Assembly: GCF_006345805.1 (NCBI RefSeq)
Contig: NC_042997.1
Span: forward strand, 105,028,001-105,092,000
Source of the DNA: Octopus sinensis
Taxonomy: Eukaryota
Length of the DNA stretch: 64,000 nt
Reading direction: 5' to 3'
The position numbers and the translations under genes were made by a program. Shown piece after piece: positions 1 through 14,830 of this stretch (its first letter is position 1; each line of letters starts with the position of its first letter). The notes under the pieces are model-generated. The model was not told the origin of the DNA. It saw only the letters and a list, made by a program, of their open reading frames with translations, and did not search any database.

Positions 1-832
1 TGTTTTACTCATCTACTTTTCAGACATCCTAAATTATCCCCTCCAGGCCTCTTAGATCATTACTAAAGTATATAATCCATTTGACTGCGTAGCGATATTT
101 CACTCACCAACACGCTAAGAGTGGCTCAAAAGCATATGATTTATTTATTTATTCATTGCCTCTGCTATTGATTCTATAACGACTACTACTTTTCTAAATT
201 AGATATGTGCGTAATTACTATGCATAGACAATCCCACCTCTCATACCTCTCTTTATCTCGTCACACTCCTTGTATTTAATCTCCCAAATACCGCACTACA
301 TATTTCGCACTGTTCTTCCGTAGGGCTATAACCTTTTGGACTCCACACCATGCTACGTTGTTTTTTACAGTAACTGAATTACAAATGCTTAAAGTCAATC
401 ACTGAAAATCAGTCACATCAGTCTCATCGGAATATATGCAAATACAATAGTCTCAACACCTTAAGAGAACTTTCGCAATCCTTGATTTCAGTCTACTTCA
501 GCTGAACCAAACACCAGCTCATACTCTACTGTGCTCACTTGAAATGCACACCGGCTCATACTCTAATATCCTCAACTGAAATAGGCATAGGTCTCCTTCT
601 CTTTCTCTCTCTCCCTCTCTCTCACAGACAGCTGACATATCCTGGATGTTTTGCCGAGTCATGAGTAGGAAGGGCGAATTGGGGTCTATGCCAGCTGGCG
701 GCTATTGAGGTACCTAAAAGAATTAGCGAAAGCAGGCTACTTATTGCCAAGTCATACTCGTTTGTGGATTAGGTCTTCGTTTTTATAAAGTATTTTGGAG
801 CAAGCTTACAAATACATAGACAGTCATATATA

Positions 833-1025
833 GGTTTTAAATTTTGACTCAAGACCAGCCTTTTGATGGGAAAGGGGGAAGTCGATTACGTCGATTCCAG
901 TACTCAACTAGTACTTATTTTACTAACCTCGAAAGGATGAAAGATAAAGGCGGAATTTGAGCTCAGAACGTTAAGTCAGAGAGAATGCCGCTAAGCGTTT
1001 TGCGATCTTACCAGTTCGCTGCCTT
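833..1025 (-). mobile_element. tRNA-derived SINE, family A (Octopus OR-like), decayed
   Basis: Reverse complement carries the B-box-like ctgagctcaaattccgcc and the central tttcatcctttcgaggttag...ataagtac domain shared with the copy at 45361. Confidence 0.7.
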
Positions 1026-1047
1026 AGATATGGACAGTCATATATTA

Positions 1048-1257
1048 ATTAGTTTCACATTTTGGCAGAAGGCCAGTAATTTGGGGGTAGGGATAAATCG
1101 ATTACATTAATACCCCAGTGCTCAACTGGTACTTATTTTATTGACTCCGAAAGGAGGAAAGTAAAGACGATCTCGGCGGAATTTGAACTCAGAACTTAAG
1201 TACAAACAAAATACCGATGTGTTTTGCCCGGTGTGTTAACGATTCTCAGTTCGCCAT
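1048..1257 (-). mobile_element. tRNA-derived SINE, family A
   Basis: ggcggaatttgaactcagaac, ccccagtgctcaactggtacttatttt and ttttggcagaaggccag match the family seen repeatedly in this window. Confidence 0.8.
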
Positions 1258-1283
1258 AATATATGGACAGTCATATAGTATTA

Positions 1284-1517
1284 AAGTAATCCTTCGACAT
1301 CGCAGGTGTTACGTTTCAAAAAACCTCCCATAGAAATAATTAAACTCTAAAAAAATATAAATACCTATAGGCTGCTGTAACCCGCGATATACTGAGTCAG
1401 CGATATAAATTTACATATATTAGCCAGAAAAATCCGCGATGTACTGAGTGCGTGATAGGTGAACCATAATATACTGAGTGCGTGATAGTTGAACCGCGAT
1501 AACGTGAAGGATTACTG
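1284..1517. mobile_element. Tc1/pogo (Tigger-like) MITE
   Basis: Inverted ends (a)agtaatccttcgacatcgcagg and ccgcgataacgtgaaggattactg; TA on both sides (1282-83, 1518-19); internal short tandem atatactgagtgcgtgatag units. Confidence 0.7.
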
Positions 1518-2688
1518 TAATTACAAAACTTCGTGTAATCGTGTTCCTTCAATATTTTACAGATTTTAACTTAATGCCTTCACGTTATACAGCTACAGTT
1601 CAATTGTTTGTAAGCGCTCATCATAAGGTTATTCAGTCAGGGAAAGTATCAATTTTAAATGCACTAAAGATATTTCCTCCAAAATATAATATTTTATGGC
1701 AATATGTGTATCAATTGCATCGTTCGGGAAAATATTTGAAATAAATGCAGCGCTAGAAGCAATCTATAAAGACGTATTCTTATGTTGTTATAGAAAAATT
1801 TTTAGAAATTTTTCTCAATTTCATTTTCTTTCTTTTTGTCCGTTGTACTTTTTTGCTTTTTAATCATATTATTTTTTATTCACTTTTTATGCATTCGAAA
1901 TTTATTACAATATCAGCTATTTTAACTTCTGGCTGATTACACACAATGAAATTTTCCATCTCACAAACATACATACAAACATCACCCTTACATATACACT
2001 CACAAATATTTATATGCACATAGATACATAAATGCGCGCATACATATATACTATACATTCATATCCATGTGTGTGTGTGTATTGTTAACTCTATATTTAG
2101 TCATGAATAATAAATCATTCTAGCGTCGTAAACGAAATGATTTGACTACCTTTCAGAAAAGAAATGACAAAAATGCTAAGAATATTATTGCTTCGTTTCT
2201 ACTTAAAACATACTTTGATTTTGGACAATAATATCTGCTTTATGATACATAAAGTAACATAAATACAAATTTAATTTCAACAATTTAAAATAAATCTAAT
2301 TGTGAACTGTCAACATTATGTTCGGTTTCGAAAGGAAATCATATATAGAATATATTTATTATGAAACAGAACTTGTTTGAACGAAATACGCTAATAGTAA
2401 AAACAACTAGAAATATTTCATAACAGTTAAGAAAAATATCCCCAAATAGGAAATTCTAACTTCCCGTCAACTGTTATAGATTATTTTGTCTCATATACGA
2501 TTCTAAACACAGCAGTTTATAGGGAGAAAAGGTGAAATAGGAATATATTTGATTTTAGCGGAAGTAAAATGGCAGAAACAAAATAAAAATCTTAATCTTA
2601 ACTGTTGTACGCACATTTATAACACAGTACATACGCACGTGCATACATATACTTGTGCGTGTGCGCGTATTTATACACACACACACAC

Positions 2689-2938
<250 letters not shown>

Positions 2939-2954
2939 GGCTGCCTCCGTGAAT

Positions 2955-3356
2955 TACTCTTTACTCTTTTACTTGTTTCAGTCATTTGACTGCGGCCATG
3001 CTGGAGCACCACCTTTAGTCGAGCAAATCGACCCCGGGACTTATTCTTTGTAAGCCCAGTACTTATTCTATCAGTCTCTTTTTGCCGAACCGCTAAGTGA
3101 CGGGGGCGTAAACACACCAGCATCGGTTGTCAAGCAATGCTAGGGGGACAAACACAGACACACAAACACACACATACATATATATATATATACGACGGGC
3201 TTCTTTCAGTTTCCGTCTACCAAATCCACTCACAAGGCATTGGTCGGCCCGGGGCTATAGCAGAAGACACTTGCCCAAGATGCCACGCAGTGGGACTGAA
3301 CCCGGAACCATGTGGCTGGTTAGCAAGCTACTTACCACACAGCCACTCCTGCGCCT
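2955..3356 (-). mobile_element. tRNA-derived SINE, family B (Octopus OK-like), full length
   Basis: Minus strand reads aggcgcaggagtggctgtgtggtaagtagc...gggttcagtcccactgcgtggc...aaatgactgaaacaagtaaaagagta; near-identical copy at 44235-44688. Family name recalled, not searched. Confidence 0.85.
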
Positions 3357-3515
3357 ATATTATAAGATATTTTAATTTTTTTCAGCATATCGTACTTCAA
3401 TGCGGAAAGAATCACAAACTTCGATCTCAGAAAACCACTATTGTTGCTTTTTATATTTTCTACGGATTCCTTGGAGCTAACCTTCTTCCTACACCTCGAT
3501 CCTTAAAACTTACAT

Positions 3516-3516
<1 letters not shown>

Positions 3517-3602
<86 letters not shown>

Positions 3603-3630
3603 CCTATCTATCTATCTATCTATATCTATC
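3517..3630. repeat. (TATC)n microsatellite without LINE insertion
   Basis: Direct reading. Confidence 0.95.
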
Positions 3631-3631
3631 T

Positions 3632-3679
<48 letters not shown>

Positions 3680-4002
3680 CTATATATATTTTCTACGGAT
3701 TATATATATATATATAAATATACGCACACACCTACACACATTCAAATATGTATACATATATTTATACAATATTACACACACACTTATATTTGCGTATGCA
3801 CAAAAATATATTTCTGTGAGTAACAAATAGATAGCAACAGGTTTGGCCCACTTGGGAGAAGGAAGAGTTGGTGTGAGTCCTACTCTTTCTTAACTCAGAC
3901 ACGCGCATCAAAATTTATCGACCTATTTGATGCATATATCTACATACATATACAGACACACAGACACATATATATGTATGTATGTATCTGTACATATATG
4001 TG

Positions 4003-4132
<130 letters not shown>

Positions 4133-4504
4133 CTGTGGTCATCAGTTAATAGCGATAAGGCGCGGAATGTAGAGGAGGATATGTGAAATTAAGACACAAA
4201 AGTTCCGGTTACCATTTGTCATGGATGACTACATTAGAATCAAGAAAACTACTAACTGAAACAGTGCATGCATCTTGATGAGATTTGGCTCCCCCTCTCG
4301 TGCCTCTTGTATGTAGACCGCCGAAAATCACTTCAGACACTTCATTTCCACTTCTCATGGTTGTGAGTTCAAATGCGGTGAAATTCCCTTTAATCTTTTT
4401 TACTTTAGTGATAAGGTTAAATGTTTAATATTCAGTGTTGAAATCATCCGCGATATTGTGGTAGTAGTAGTAGTGGAGGTGGTGGTGGTGTTGGTGGTGG
4501 TGGT

Positions 4505-4549
<45 letters not shown>

Positions 4550-4962
4550 TTTGTTGTTGTTATACTATGGAAGATCTAGAAACTTTTATACATGTACGCA
4601 GATGTTGGTGGTGGTGGTCCGTGTTGGCGGCATTTTGTCTATTTGAGTTTATCTTTCAAATTAAATTCGCTAAAGTTATAGTAAACTGAGTTTTTAGTGT
4701 CATATTACTTTATCTTTTTGTGCATAGCTTAAAAAACGATATCAACCTTACGGCATGTTGTCTTGGTATCGCTCATTGAAAGGCGGCCATGCAGAGCTTT
4801 CCTTCAACGGGTTTGATGCAAGTATTTCGCGCCTCGCATTTAATGTTACCGACTTATATTCATTGATTCAATGAGTTTATCGCAAGTTATGCCCTTCGTT
4901 GGTTGTTATATTCTCTAAAATATATAACAGAGAATTGACACTGGTTTACACATGCGTCTGAA

Positions 4963-5245
4963 GGTGCATGGTTCACTGGTTAGAGCGTCTGGCTCACAGT
5001 CATGAGGATGTGAGTTCGACTTCCGGACCAGGCTGTGTATTGTGTTCATGAGCAAGGCACCTTATTTCGCGTTGCTCCAATTCACGCAGCTGTAGAAATT
5101 AGTGACGACGTCACTGGTGCCAAGCTGTATCGGCCTTTGTTTTTCCCTAGGATAACATCAGTGTTGTGGAGCGGAGAGGCTGGTATGCATGGGTAACTGC
5201 TGGCCTTCCATAAACAACATAGTCGGGACTTGTGCCTCGGAGGTG
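4963..5245 (+). mobile_element. tRNA-derived SINE, family C (CORE-like centre)
   Basis: A box ggttcactggttagagcg, B box gagttcgacttcc, then tgtgttcatgagcaaggcacctta. Confidence 0.7.
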
Positions 5246-5249
5246 CAAT

Positions 5250-5359
5250 CGTTCTATTTCCTGAACCGCTAAGTTACGGGGACGCAAACATACCAACTTT
5301 GGTTGTGAAGCAACGATGTTGGGGACAAACACAGACACAAGACACACACACATATATAT

Positions 5360-5439
<80 letters not shown>

Positions 5440-5621
5440 ATATATATGTATATGTATGAATGTATGTATATATATGCACGACTGGCTTCTGTCAGTTTCG
5501 GTCAACCACTCACAAGGCTTTGGTCGGGCTGTGGCTATAGTTGAAGACACTTGCCCAAGGTGCCACGCAGTGGGACTGAACCGATGACCATGTGGTTTTT
5601 AAGCAAGCTTCTTATCACACA

Positions 5622-5625
<4 letters not shown>
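5250..5625 (-). mobile_element. Family B (OK-like) SINE with internal TA expansion
   Basis: gaaccgctaagttacggggacg...gggacaaacacagac and cttgcccaaggtgccacgcagtgggactgaa match 2955-3356. Confidence 0.8.
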
Positions 5626-5690
<65 letters not shown>

Positions 5691-5956
5691 CTGCCGAGAT
5701 GGTAAGTTTATTTCTATGCTCGTAGCCCGATTTTTGTTGTGCTCTTTATTTTTCCAATGATTGCTGGTTGTCTTGAATGCTGGTACCGCGTGCGCCCTAT
5801 TACAATTATCAATTCATTTAAAAATCTCGGATTTTGCCATTTATAGGCTTTTCGTTGATGGCCACCAATATTATTGCTGTTATTATTCATTTTACTAACG
5901 ATAATAATTAATGATAATATATATATAAAATTATTTTCGAATATGTATTAATTAAG

Positions 5957-6035
<79 letters not shown>

Positions 6036-6606
6036 GTGTATAACGGGCTCCTTTCAGTTTACGTCTACGATTTCCACTCACGAGGTTTTGTTCAGTTCGA
6101 GCTACAGTAGAAGACATTTTTCTAGGTGCAATGTCATGGTTATTCTTGACCGAACTGGGTTTTACCCTTTACCATTTTACACATGCGGACAGACATACAC
6201 GTATATGTATATAAAATGATATAACCTTTTAATTAAAATACCACGGTGCAGTTTTGTTGTTAGCGTATGTAAACCACAATACTCAAGCGGTAAACTGAAA
6301 TAGTAAAGTTTTGTGGCACATATGAATATTTCCAGTAATCTAGATTAAAACTTTCAAGACGTGAAGCTCTTTGTACAAAACCGGCACGCGCGCACACGCA
6401 CGCATAAACGCACACCTATACGTACACACATATACGTATATATACATGCATATGTATGCGTGTATTTATGTATGTACGCATGCATTTTAACACATATACA
6501 TTACGTTTCAGATTTAAATGTGCCTTATACGACTATTGAAAAGGTTGCAAGACGCCAGAAAATGCTTCAACACACGAACTCATATAAAGAATCTTGCAAA
6601 TCAAAT

Positions 6607-6684
<78 letters not shown>

Positions 6685-7600
6685 AATACTTTTTTGAAGA
6701 AGTCATATTTCATATATAATTTAAGAAGCATATTTTTCATGCTTCAATTTCATTTTATACAGTAAATGCAATGTACTTTAGAAATTGCTTTTTGTTGTGT
6801 AGTGGGAAGTGAAGATTATATTACTCATTAAATTATAGTTTTAATTTCTTCATAAGCATTTAACCTTTACATTATTATCTATCTATGAGATTATTATTAT
6901 GTGTTCACTTTATGTGACTGTCTGCATTGTTTTTTTATTTTAACTTTTTTTTACGCTAGGATATTTAGGGACAACGGAGAGGAAATGAAGAGATGAAAGA
7001 AGATGAAATAAAGAAAGAAAAAATAGAATGAGGAAAAGTGCGAACTAAAGAAAATAAAGAAATACTTGTAGAAACACTAAGGAACATATTTTTTCTTTAT
7101 ATTCGATTGTATTTTTATTTGTAAAAAAAAAACGGTACTTATGATCCAAAAACAGGTTCTTGAAGACAATATTTCGCGTTACTGCACCCATATATACCGA
7201 AGACCAGATGTCCATCATTTATTAGTGGTCATCGTCCGTATATTTGCACTCAATGAACTCCATACATATTTCGTATAACAGCAGGTATTGCTTCCGTTCA
7301 CATCCATCACTTCCGGGCTCATTAGAGCTCTTAATAGGGGATATATATTGACCTTATTGACCTCTCATTCAGCAAAGCTACACTACATGTCTATATTCAT
7401 TTCATTGACAAGAATTCTAGAGTTTTCTAAGAAAACAATGAAATACATTGGGGCTTTACGAAAGGATGTGAACATCCCCTGTAACGTTGTCAGGTGTCTT
7501 CCTTCTATCTCAATGTTGGATTTCTGCTCACACGCTTTTCTATTTCGCACACACAAATACGCATGTGTATATTTTGTGTGTGAGTTTCTTTTAGGGGAAT

Positions 7601-7658
<58 letters not shown>

Positions 7659-7900
7659 TGGAAGGCACTGATGATTCATTCTGTCAGAGTTATCAACTTC
7701 CGCTAAATAGATAAATCGTTACTGTTGAGTACTTCTCTCCCATTTGTACCTAGTCCCACCTAAAACACGCATATGCACGCACGCGCACACAACAACCAAC
7801 CTCACACGCACACATACATATACACACATTGAACGTGAGAACCTGATCCCATCTACAAGGTATGTGTATCGATATGTATTTCTATGCGTGTGTATATTAA

Positions 7901-7936
<36 letters not shown>

Positions 7937-8063
7937 GAGAGAGAGAGAGAGAAAGAAGGAAACAGAGAGACAGAGTGAGAGAGGGAAGGAGACATACAGA
8001 GTGGGAAAATATTTAACTATCGATCTATCTGTCTATACATCTATACACACACAACCATTTATG

Positions 8064-8115
<52 letters not shown>

Positions 8116-8614
8116 TATACATATATATACATATATATACATATATATATATATATACATAAATATATATACATACATATACATATATATACATATATAC
8201 ATACATATATACATAAATGCACGCATGCATGCATACATACATACATACATACATACACGTACACACATACACACATACACACACACATACACACATACGC
8301 ACATACGCACATGCGCACATACATACATACATACATACATACATACATACATACATACATACATACATACATACATACATACATACATACATACATACAT
8401 ACATACATACATACATTATATAGATACAAGAAAAAGAACAGAAATAGTATACTTGTTGATTTAACTTTATTTCTAAAATTAATATCCATTGAAACCATTA
8501 ATTACTTATAAATTTCTCCTAAATTTAGATATCAAATTTAACGTTGACTTAATAGTAGAGTCAATGTAGAGTCGTTGTTGATATGAAGAAATATTTATGA
8601 TAATGAATAATAGT

Positions 8615-8805
8615 TTCAAATTTTGGCACCAGCCCAGCATGTTCGGGGAGCGTTAAGTCGATTATACTGATCCCTGTGCTCAGTTGGTATATACGTTATC
8701 GACACTGAAGAATGAAATACAAAATCGACCTTGGCGGTATTCGAACTCAAAACTTAAAAACAAAGCGAAATGCCACTTAGCATTTTACCCGGCGTGCTCA
8801 CCGCA
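8615..8805 (-). mobile_element. Family A SINE with 18-bp target-site duplication
   Basis: Flanks tatttatgataatgaata (8592-8609) and tatttatgatactgaata (8807-8824), 17/18 identical. Confidence 0.8.
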
Positions 8806-8839
8806 TTATTTATGATACTGAATATCTTTTGCTAGTTAC

Positions 8840-9057
8840 TTGTTTTAGACATTAGACGACAGCTATGTTTGAGCACAGCCTTGGAGGATTTTAATTGAAA
8901 GAAATCAACTCCAATAAGTGTGTGTGTGTGTGTGTGTGTGTGTTCAGTCTGGTACTTATACTATCGATTAACTATTACTGAACAGCTAAGTTATAGGGAC
9001 GCAACCAAACCAGCACTAACTGTCAAACAGTCAGAGGAAGAATAGACAGACACAAAG

Positions 9058-9111
<54 letters not shown>

Positions 9112-9290
9112 GCAGGCACACACACATTCAAACACACACAAAAGATATATATGAACTGTAGGCTTCCACACAGTTTCCACTAATAACAATAACAAGGCAT
9201 TGATCGTCCTGGGACTATTTTAGAAAATACTTTCTCACCCGAAACCACGTGAGTACAAAGCCAGCTTCCTAACCACAGAGCCATGTCTGC
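8840..9290 (-). mobile_element. Family B (OK-like) SINE, diverged
   Basis: gaacagctaagttatagggacg, ttccacacagtttccac, gcttcctaaccacagagcc. Confidence 0.7.
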
Positions 9291-10342
9291 GCATATATTA
9301 TATTAGAATTTTAAACGTCTTTCGGTGATTTAGACTTTATTAATAGGCTTTTTGCAAGTTGTCATCATATGCCAACGAAAACGATGCCGAAGGAAATGGG
9401 GAGAAATGTAGTAATGTAGAAATACAATTTCAACTTAGATTATTTCCGGCTTAGTACGTTTGTTTTTCGGAGGTTTCATTTCAGCTATTAACATCTTATT
9501 GCGAGTAATAATTATTTCGATTTCCTTTCAGTGACTATTTAATGTTCGTCTGTGAAATATATTCTCTCAAAATGTCTCACACTCACAGCCATTTCAACTG
9601 TAGTTATTATGCATTCATAGACACAGACACACACACATATAAACACCCACAAACACGCAGACGCACATTCAAACACACATGCATAAACACTCACACACAC
9701 GCACATGCATACATACACAGGGGGCACACACCCGTGCATACACACACACAAACAGACGCGCACACACGCTCGCACAAATATACTTACGCACGCACATACA
9801 CACCTGCGTGCGTACCAGCTTGCAGATGGTTCTCTTTCTTTGCCCCACGTCTGAAGGTTACTTGAGCTTCTCGAGACATCAGCAGCAGCCCGATGGAGAA
9901 GGTCAATTTTCCCAGGTCAGTGCTCTGTATTCCTTCCATGGTAGTGGGCGAACGCGTACCTGATCCCACCTGATTGACGGAGGATGATAAACACTCCTAC
10001 ATTCACATAGCGGTCCTCCTCTGTTGAATTACGGATCCTTTGCACAGTAAGCTCTATCTTACTCCTGGTATGGGTGTTTTCCACATGTTTATGCTTTCAT
10101 TGCCATGTCCTAACGCTCCTTGGCAGAATACTCCAACACCATCGTGATGTTTCTAGTATGTCCCTGCTTCCCGTGGCTTCCTGTTACTACTAAACTATAT
10201 TTTCTTGTTGATATATACGTATATATAAATATGGATGTATGTGTATATGCATGTATGTGCGTGTGTGTATGTATGTACGTATGCATTTATGAATGTATTT
10301 ATGTTTTCCTGGCAGCTGTGCAACCAGACGTATATATATATA

Positions 10343-11225
10343 TAGGTCTCATCAATAAGCATCTGCATTGTTGTCATAGTAACGAAGCTTAAGCATGCAG
10401 AGTAAAGCCGCTTGGCACAGATTGACCTTCAACACTGTTGTGCGTGTGCACTAAGTTTTAACGTTCTAAGCTCGCATCCACTGTTTACAGTAGTACTTGG
10501 AATATAGTATGTGACTTGTGATCGTCGCATTGACCATCATAGAGCAAGGCGTCATGGTGATACCTGCTCAGAGGCCTACGCAAAGGTGCAGAAAGCGTAT
10601 GGAGAGGGTTGTGTGAGGCGTACACAAGGGTGCGAGTCGTTCAGACGTTTCCAAGATGGCCGAAAAAATTGTCTATATTGACGAACGTTCTGAGAGACCC
10701 GCAACTAGTAGAACTGAGAAAGACATCGCAGAACTGAGAAAAGCAGCTGTGAGGGGGAAACCGTCGAATCACCATCCGTGAGTTATCAGAGGATGTGTAG
10801 ATTAGTTACCATTCAGTTCAGTCCATTGTTACTGACAATTTGTGTATGAGATGCGAGTCTGCCAAGTTTGTGCCAAAACTGCTTTCAGCTGATCAAAAAG
10901 ACTCGGGTTTCATTTGCACAAAATCTCCTTGATTGTGTCGAGAAAGATGAAAACTTTTGTGTAGGCCTGTGAGTAGGTATCGCCAAGCTTTTGGCAAAAT
11001 TTGATGCAGATTCTCTGCTCAGCTTTCTCTGTCGTGGTCAATGCGACCATCACACGTTACACACCTTCCTTCCAAGTACTGCTGTCACCAGCAGAAGTAA
11101 GTCAGAATGTTGAAAATTAGTGCGTGTGCACAGTAAAGTTTAAGATCAGTTTGTGCCAAGCGAATTTAATCTTCGTCCTTTAGCTTCGTTACTATAACAA
11201 CAGTCCGGATACTTATCAGATAAGC
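10343..11225 (+). mobile_element. Rearranged mariner remnant with long inverted arms
   Basis: Plus strand encodes a decayed mariner N-terminus (AYAKVQKAYGEG...RITIRELSEDV...AKFVPKLLSADQK); 10960-11225 is an inverted homolog of 10343-10580. Confidence 0.75.
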
Positions 11226-11510
11226 AGCACAGCCGGTCGGCCACATTCAAACGACAGAACAAGTAAAATATATAAGATAATACATATAGCAATGTAATTG
11301 AACTTGGGCCGTTGGCATTTTCTTCTCCTCCTTCTTCTTTGGACTTTTCCTTTTGCCTTTCCGACAAAGAGCTATGCTCGAAACGTTGAACTCTTTCCAT
11401 GTACCGAGCGTCAAGCTAATACAGTTCTTGAGCACGTTCACACGATCGTTCTTTTTGTGATGTTTTTGTTTTTATTCGTTTATTTCAATTGTTTGTTTTT
11501 CTGAATTGAC

Positions 11511-11570
<60 letters not shown>

Positions 11571-11593
11571 TATGTATATATATAAACATAGAC

Positions 11594-11638
<45 letters not shown>

Positions 11639-11941
11639 TGTAAATCTATAAATTTGCTTGTATATATTTGCGTATGTATGTGTGTGTGTGTGAGTATACA
11701 TTATATATAAAATTTAATTATAGTCGACAAATGTGGATAAAAGTATTTAATATATATTGTAGAATATGTTTAATTTAAACCGTTTCCTTCCTCACGTTTC
11801 AAATTTCAAATTGCAGCATGATGATAATTGTACGCTAAAGAAATTCGTGTGTGCGCGCGCATGTGTATATGCGTGTGTATATATACATACCTTCGTATGT
11901 AATACATTTATGTATGCATACAGACATACATTCATACATAT

Positions 11942-12025
<84 letters not shown>

Positions 12026-14614
12026 TCCACTCACTGGGAACGGTTGGTGAAATTCTTGTATCTTATCAGTGGAATTTCTTTACATGAAACGGTGCAGAAG
12101 CCTGACGGTTTCAATGCACCAAAACTGAAATCTTTAATAAGTCTGATATAATTGCCTGAAATGTATGAATGCAACGTAACTAGTATGTCACTAATCTAAA
12201 TACAAGTAAAACATCTTTTTTCCTTGTACCGATGACCCGGATCCTCTTATAATCTAATTTACAAGCAGGAATTAAAAATTCCCACGTTCTTCAGACTAGT
12301 TTACTAAGTGGCCCATTCGACAGTAGCTTGCACAGCACAGTATTAAAAAATCTCGCATCCTTTATACTAATGTATAAGTACCTGTATTCCATTCAATTAT
12401 TTGGGTAAATTTGATATTTGTATAATTTAGCAGTAATCTCTACTTATTCGGCAAACTCAGTGAGTCGGAGAGGTTTTGGAATCAAAGGATCCAGAAACTA
12501 TGAATTTTACCTGTATGCAATCAAGGAATTTTGTAGCATGTTTTATTCTCCTCCCTTATCCATGCAATCACCTCAACAAACTAAATTCAATTGTAAACAT
12601 TTCCAAGCTGCAGAAATTTTTTTTTGTGTATATGTGTGTTATTATTCGTTGAGAATGTCTTTGCTGGCAAATTCATGATGAAGCCTTTACTCCTTCTCTT
12701 GGAAGACTATAGATGGAAAAATACACCCACATACACGCAGTGTGTGTGTGCGCGCATGTGTGTATGTGCTCGTTTGTGTATATATACGAATATTTATGAT
12801 CAATTTACTGGAGACTAAAGTGTTTAATGATTTATATATTTATAAGAGAGCTAATTCATATGTCAACACCTTATAATACAGCATGATACAAACTTCCTTC
12901 CTCTCTTCATTCATTCGGGCGTACTAAAGTTATAGCATACACATATCAATATTCTTAATGATATGTATATGTAGCCTACTCATATGCAATCGCTTGCTTG
13001 TAGTTTTGCCTGACGAAAAGAGAACAAACTGATTGTTAAGCCGTGCTTTGAAACTAAATGTTCAACTATTTGATTCTCTTTCCGTTCCACTTATTAACTT
13101 ATGCTAATTAAATAAAATTTAGCAATTTATATATATTTAATTGAATTAGATTTTTTCTTCCCCAAACAATCAAGTTATGAATATATCTAATATTGTATCC
13201 ATTTTCTTCATCTCATTCAAAAATATACGCCCACCTATACAGGCTCGCACTCATACTCACACTCAGAGAGAAAGGGGGAGAAGGGGAGAGATAGGCATAA
13301 GCACGCATATGCAAAATTATGAATGTGTGTGTGTATATATATGTGTGTGTGCATGTGTGTGTATGTGCGTATGTATGTATCATTGTATAAATGTGTGAAT
13401 GTATAAATTCACGGATATATATCTGCAATTGTGTATGAACGTAAAATAATGTTGCATTCATTTAGGCATATGTAGATATACTGTATATATTGTATTGAAA
13501 TTTGATTTTAGACAATGTACTTTGTCGATAGGGAAAATACCTAACTTACAAGACAAATATCACGAGATATACATTATCACCCTTAGCTCATAGCACAAAC
13601 TTAGCCCTAATGGATAAAACAAAAAACAAAAGCATACGGTTATATTAACGCTAAATAATCTCCTCCCGCAGAAACTAGACCCTGTTTGTATTCTGTATAG
13701 CTATTCTTTTCGTTTTTTTTTTACATGTAATATTTTTCTTTAAGGATATTTCCCCTAAGGAGAGGTACAGCACCCATAATCCTCGGAGAGCTTTCGTGAC
13801 CAATGAGATTTATATGGTTTAAGTTACTTAAAACAATATTATAAAAAAAGAACTAAATGTAAAAATCGTAGGAAGGAAAGAAATTTCAGATAGCTCGGGA
13901 GCCCATTTTTGAGCATAGCTGTTCGATAAGTTAGGACTGCGGTGTTGGAAAATAATGGGTGGCGTTTGGACAGTAGGCGAGTGTATGTGGTACTCAAAGG
14001 GCAAGATCCAAGTAAGTGAGGCAACTGAAGTTACTACGGAAGTAAAGACGAGGAGAGAAGAGCGCACGTCAATGAGTTAGAGACTACAGGTGTTGGTGAA
14101 CAACTCAATACTTATCAATCGAATGTCATTTATGATGAGTTTCGGATGATTTTGCGTGTGTATACTGCAGAAAATATTTTGGAACATTTCGCTAGCTGAA
14201 CACTTTGAATGCTATAATTCAGTATAAATCCAATCAAGAATCGACATTGTAAAGTCCTCGTTTTTACCTCTCCTTAATTATGTTGGTTTTGTAAACAATA
14301 CTTCCATTAGTTACGGAGGATCCACAGAGGTCATAAGCAATGCTCCTTCCTCTTGGCTCAACAAACTTTAAAAAATACTGAAATAGTATTTGATTACTTA
14401 ATGGTCGTAATTGCCAAGCAACTAATTCTGCCGCACTACCTCTGAGTGTTTGTAGTAACATGTAATTCGATACATTACCTTAACTGGTAAGTGCTGCCGG
14501 TGATCAAACCGGCACTCCCAGCTAGCTAAACTGATGAAAAGAGTACTTAAAAGTTCAAACAAAGGAAAACTATATTGAATGTAGCAAACATTCAATGATA
14601 ATAATATTGAGTAA

Positions 14615-14830
14615 TAATGGTTTCAAATTTGGCACAAGGCCAGCAATTTTAAAGGAGGGGCTAAGTCCATTAAATCGCCTCCAGTGTTTAACTGGTACTT
14701 ATTTTCTTAAACCCGTTAAGATGAAAGGCAAAGTCAACGTCGGCGGAATTTGAACACAGGACATAGTGACGGAAGAAATGCCGCTAAGTATCTTGCCTGG
14801 TGTGCTAACGATTCTGCTGCCTCGCCGCTA
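14615..14830 (-). mobile_element. Family A SINE
   Basis: ggtttcaaatttggcacaaggccag...cggcggaatttgaacacagg...gcctcgccgc; tgagtaata repeated on both flanks. Confidence 0.8.

Noticed and set aside
628-709. Candidate host exon (polypyrimidine-CAG acceptor, GAG/GTACC donor)
   Set aside because: All three frames contain a stop, the pyrimidine tract is a CT microsatellite, and there is no recognisable protein
1380-1500. CRISPR-like repeat-spacer array
   Set aside because: Only two or three short irregular units inside a MITE, in eukaryotic context with no cas genes
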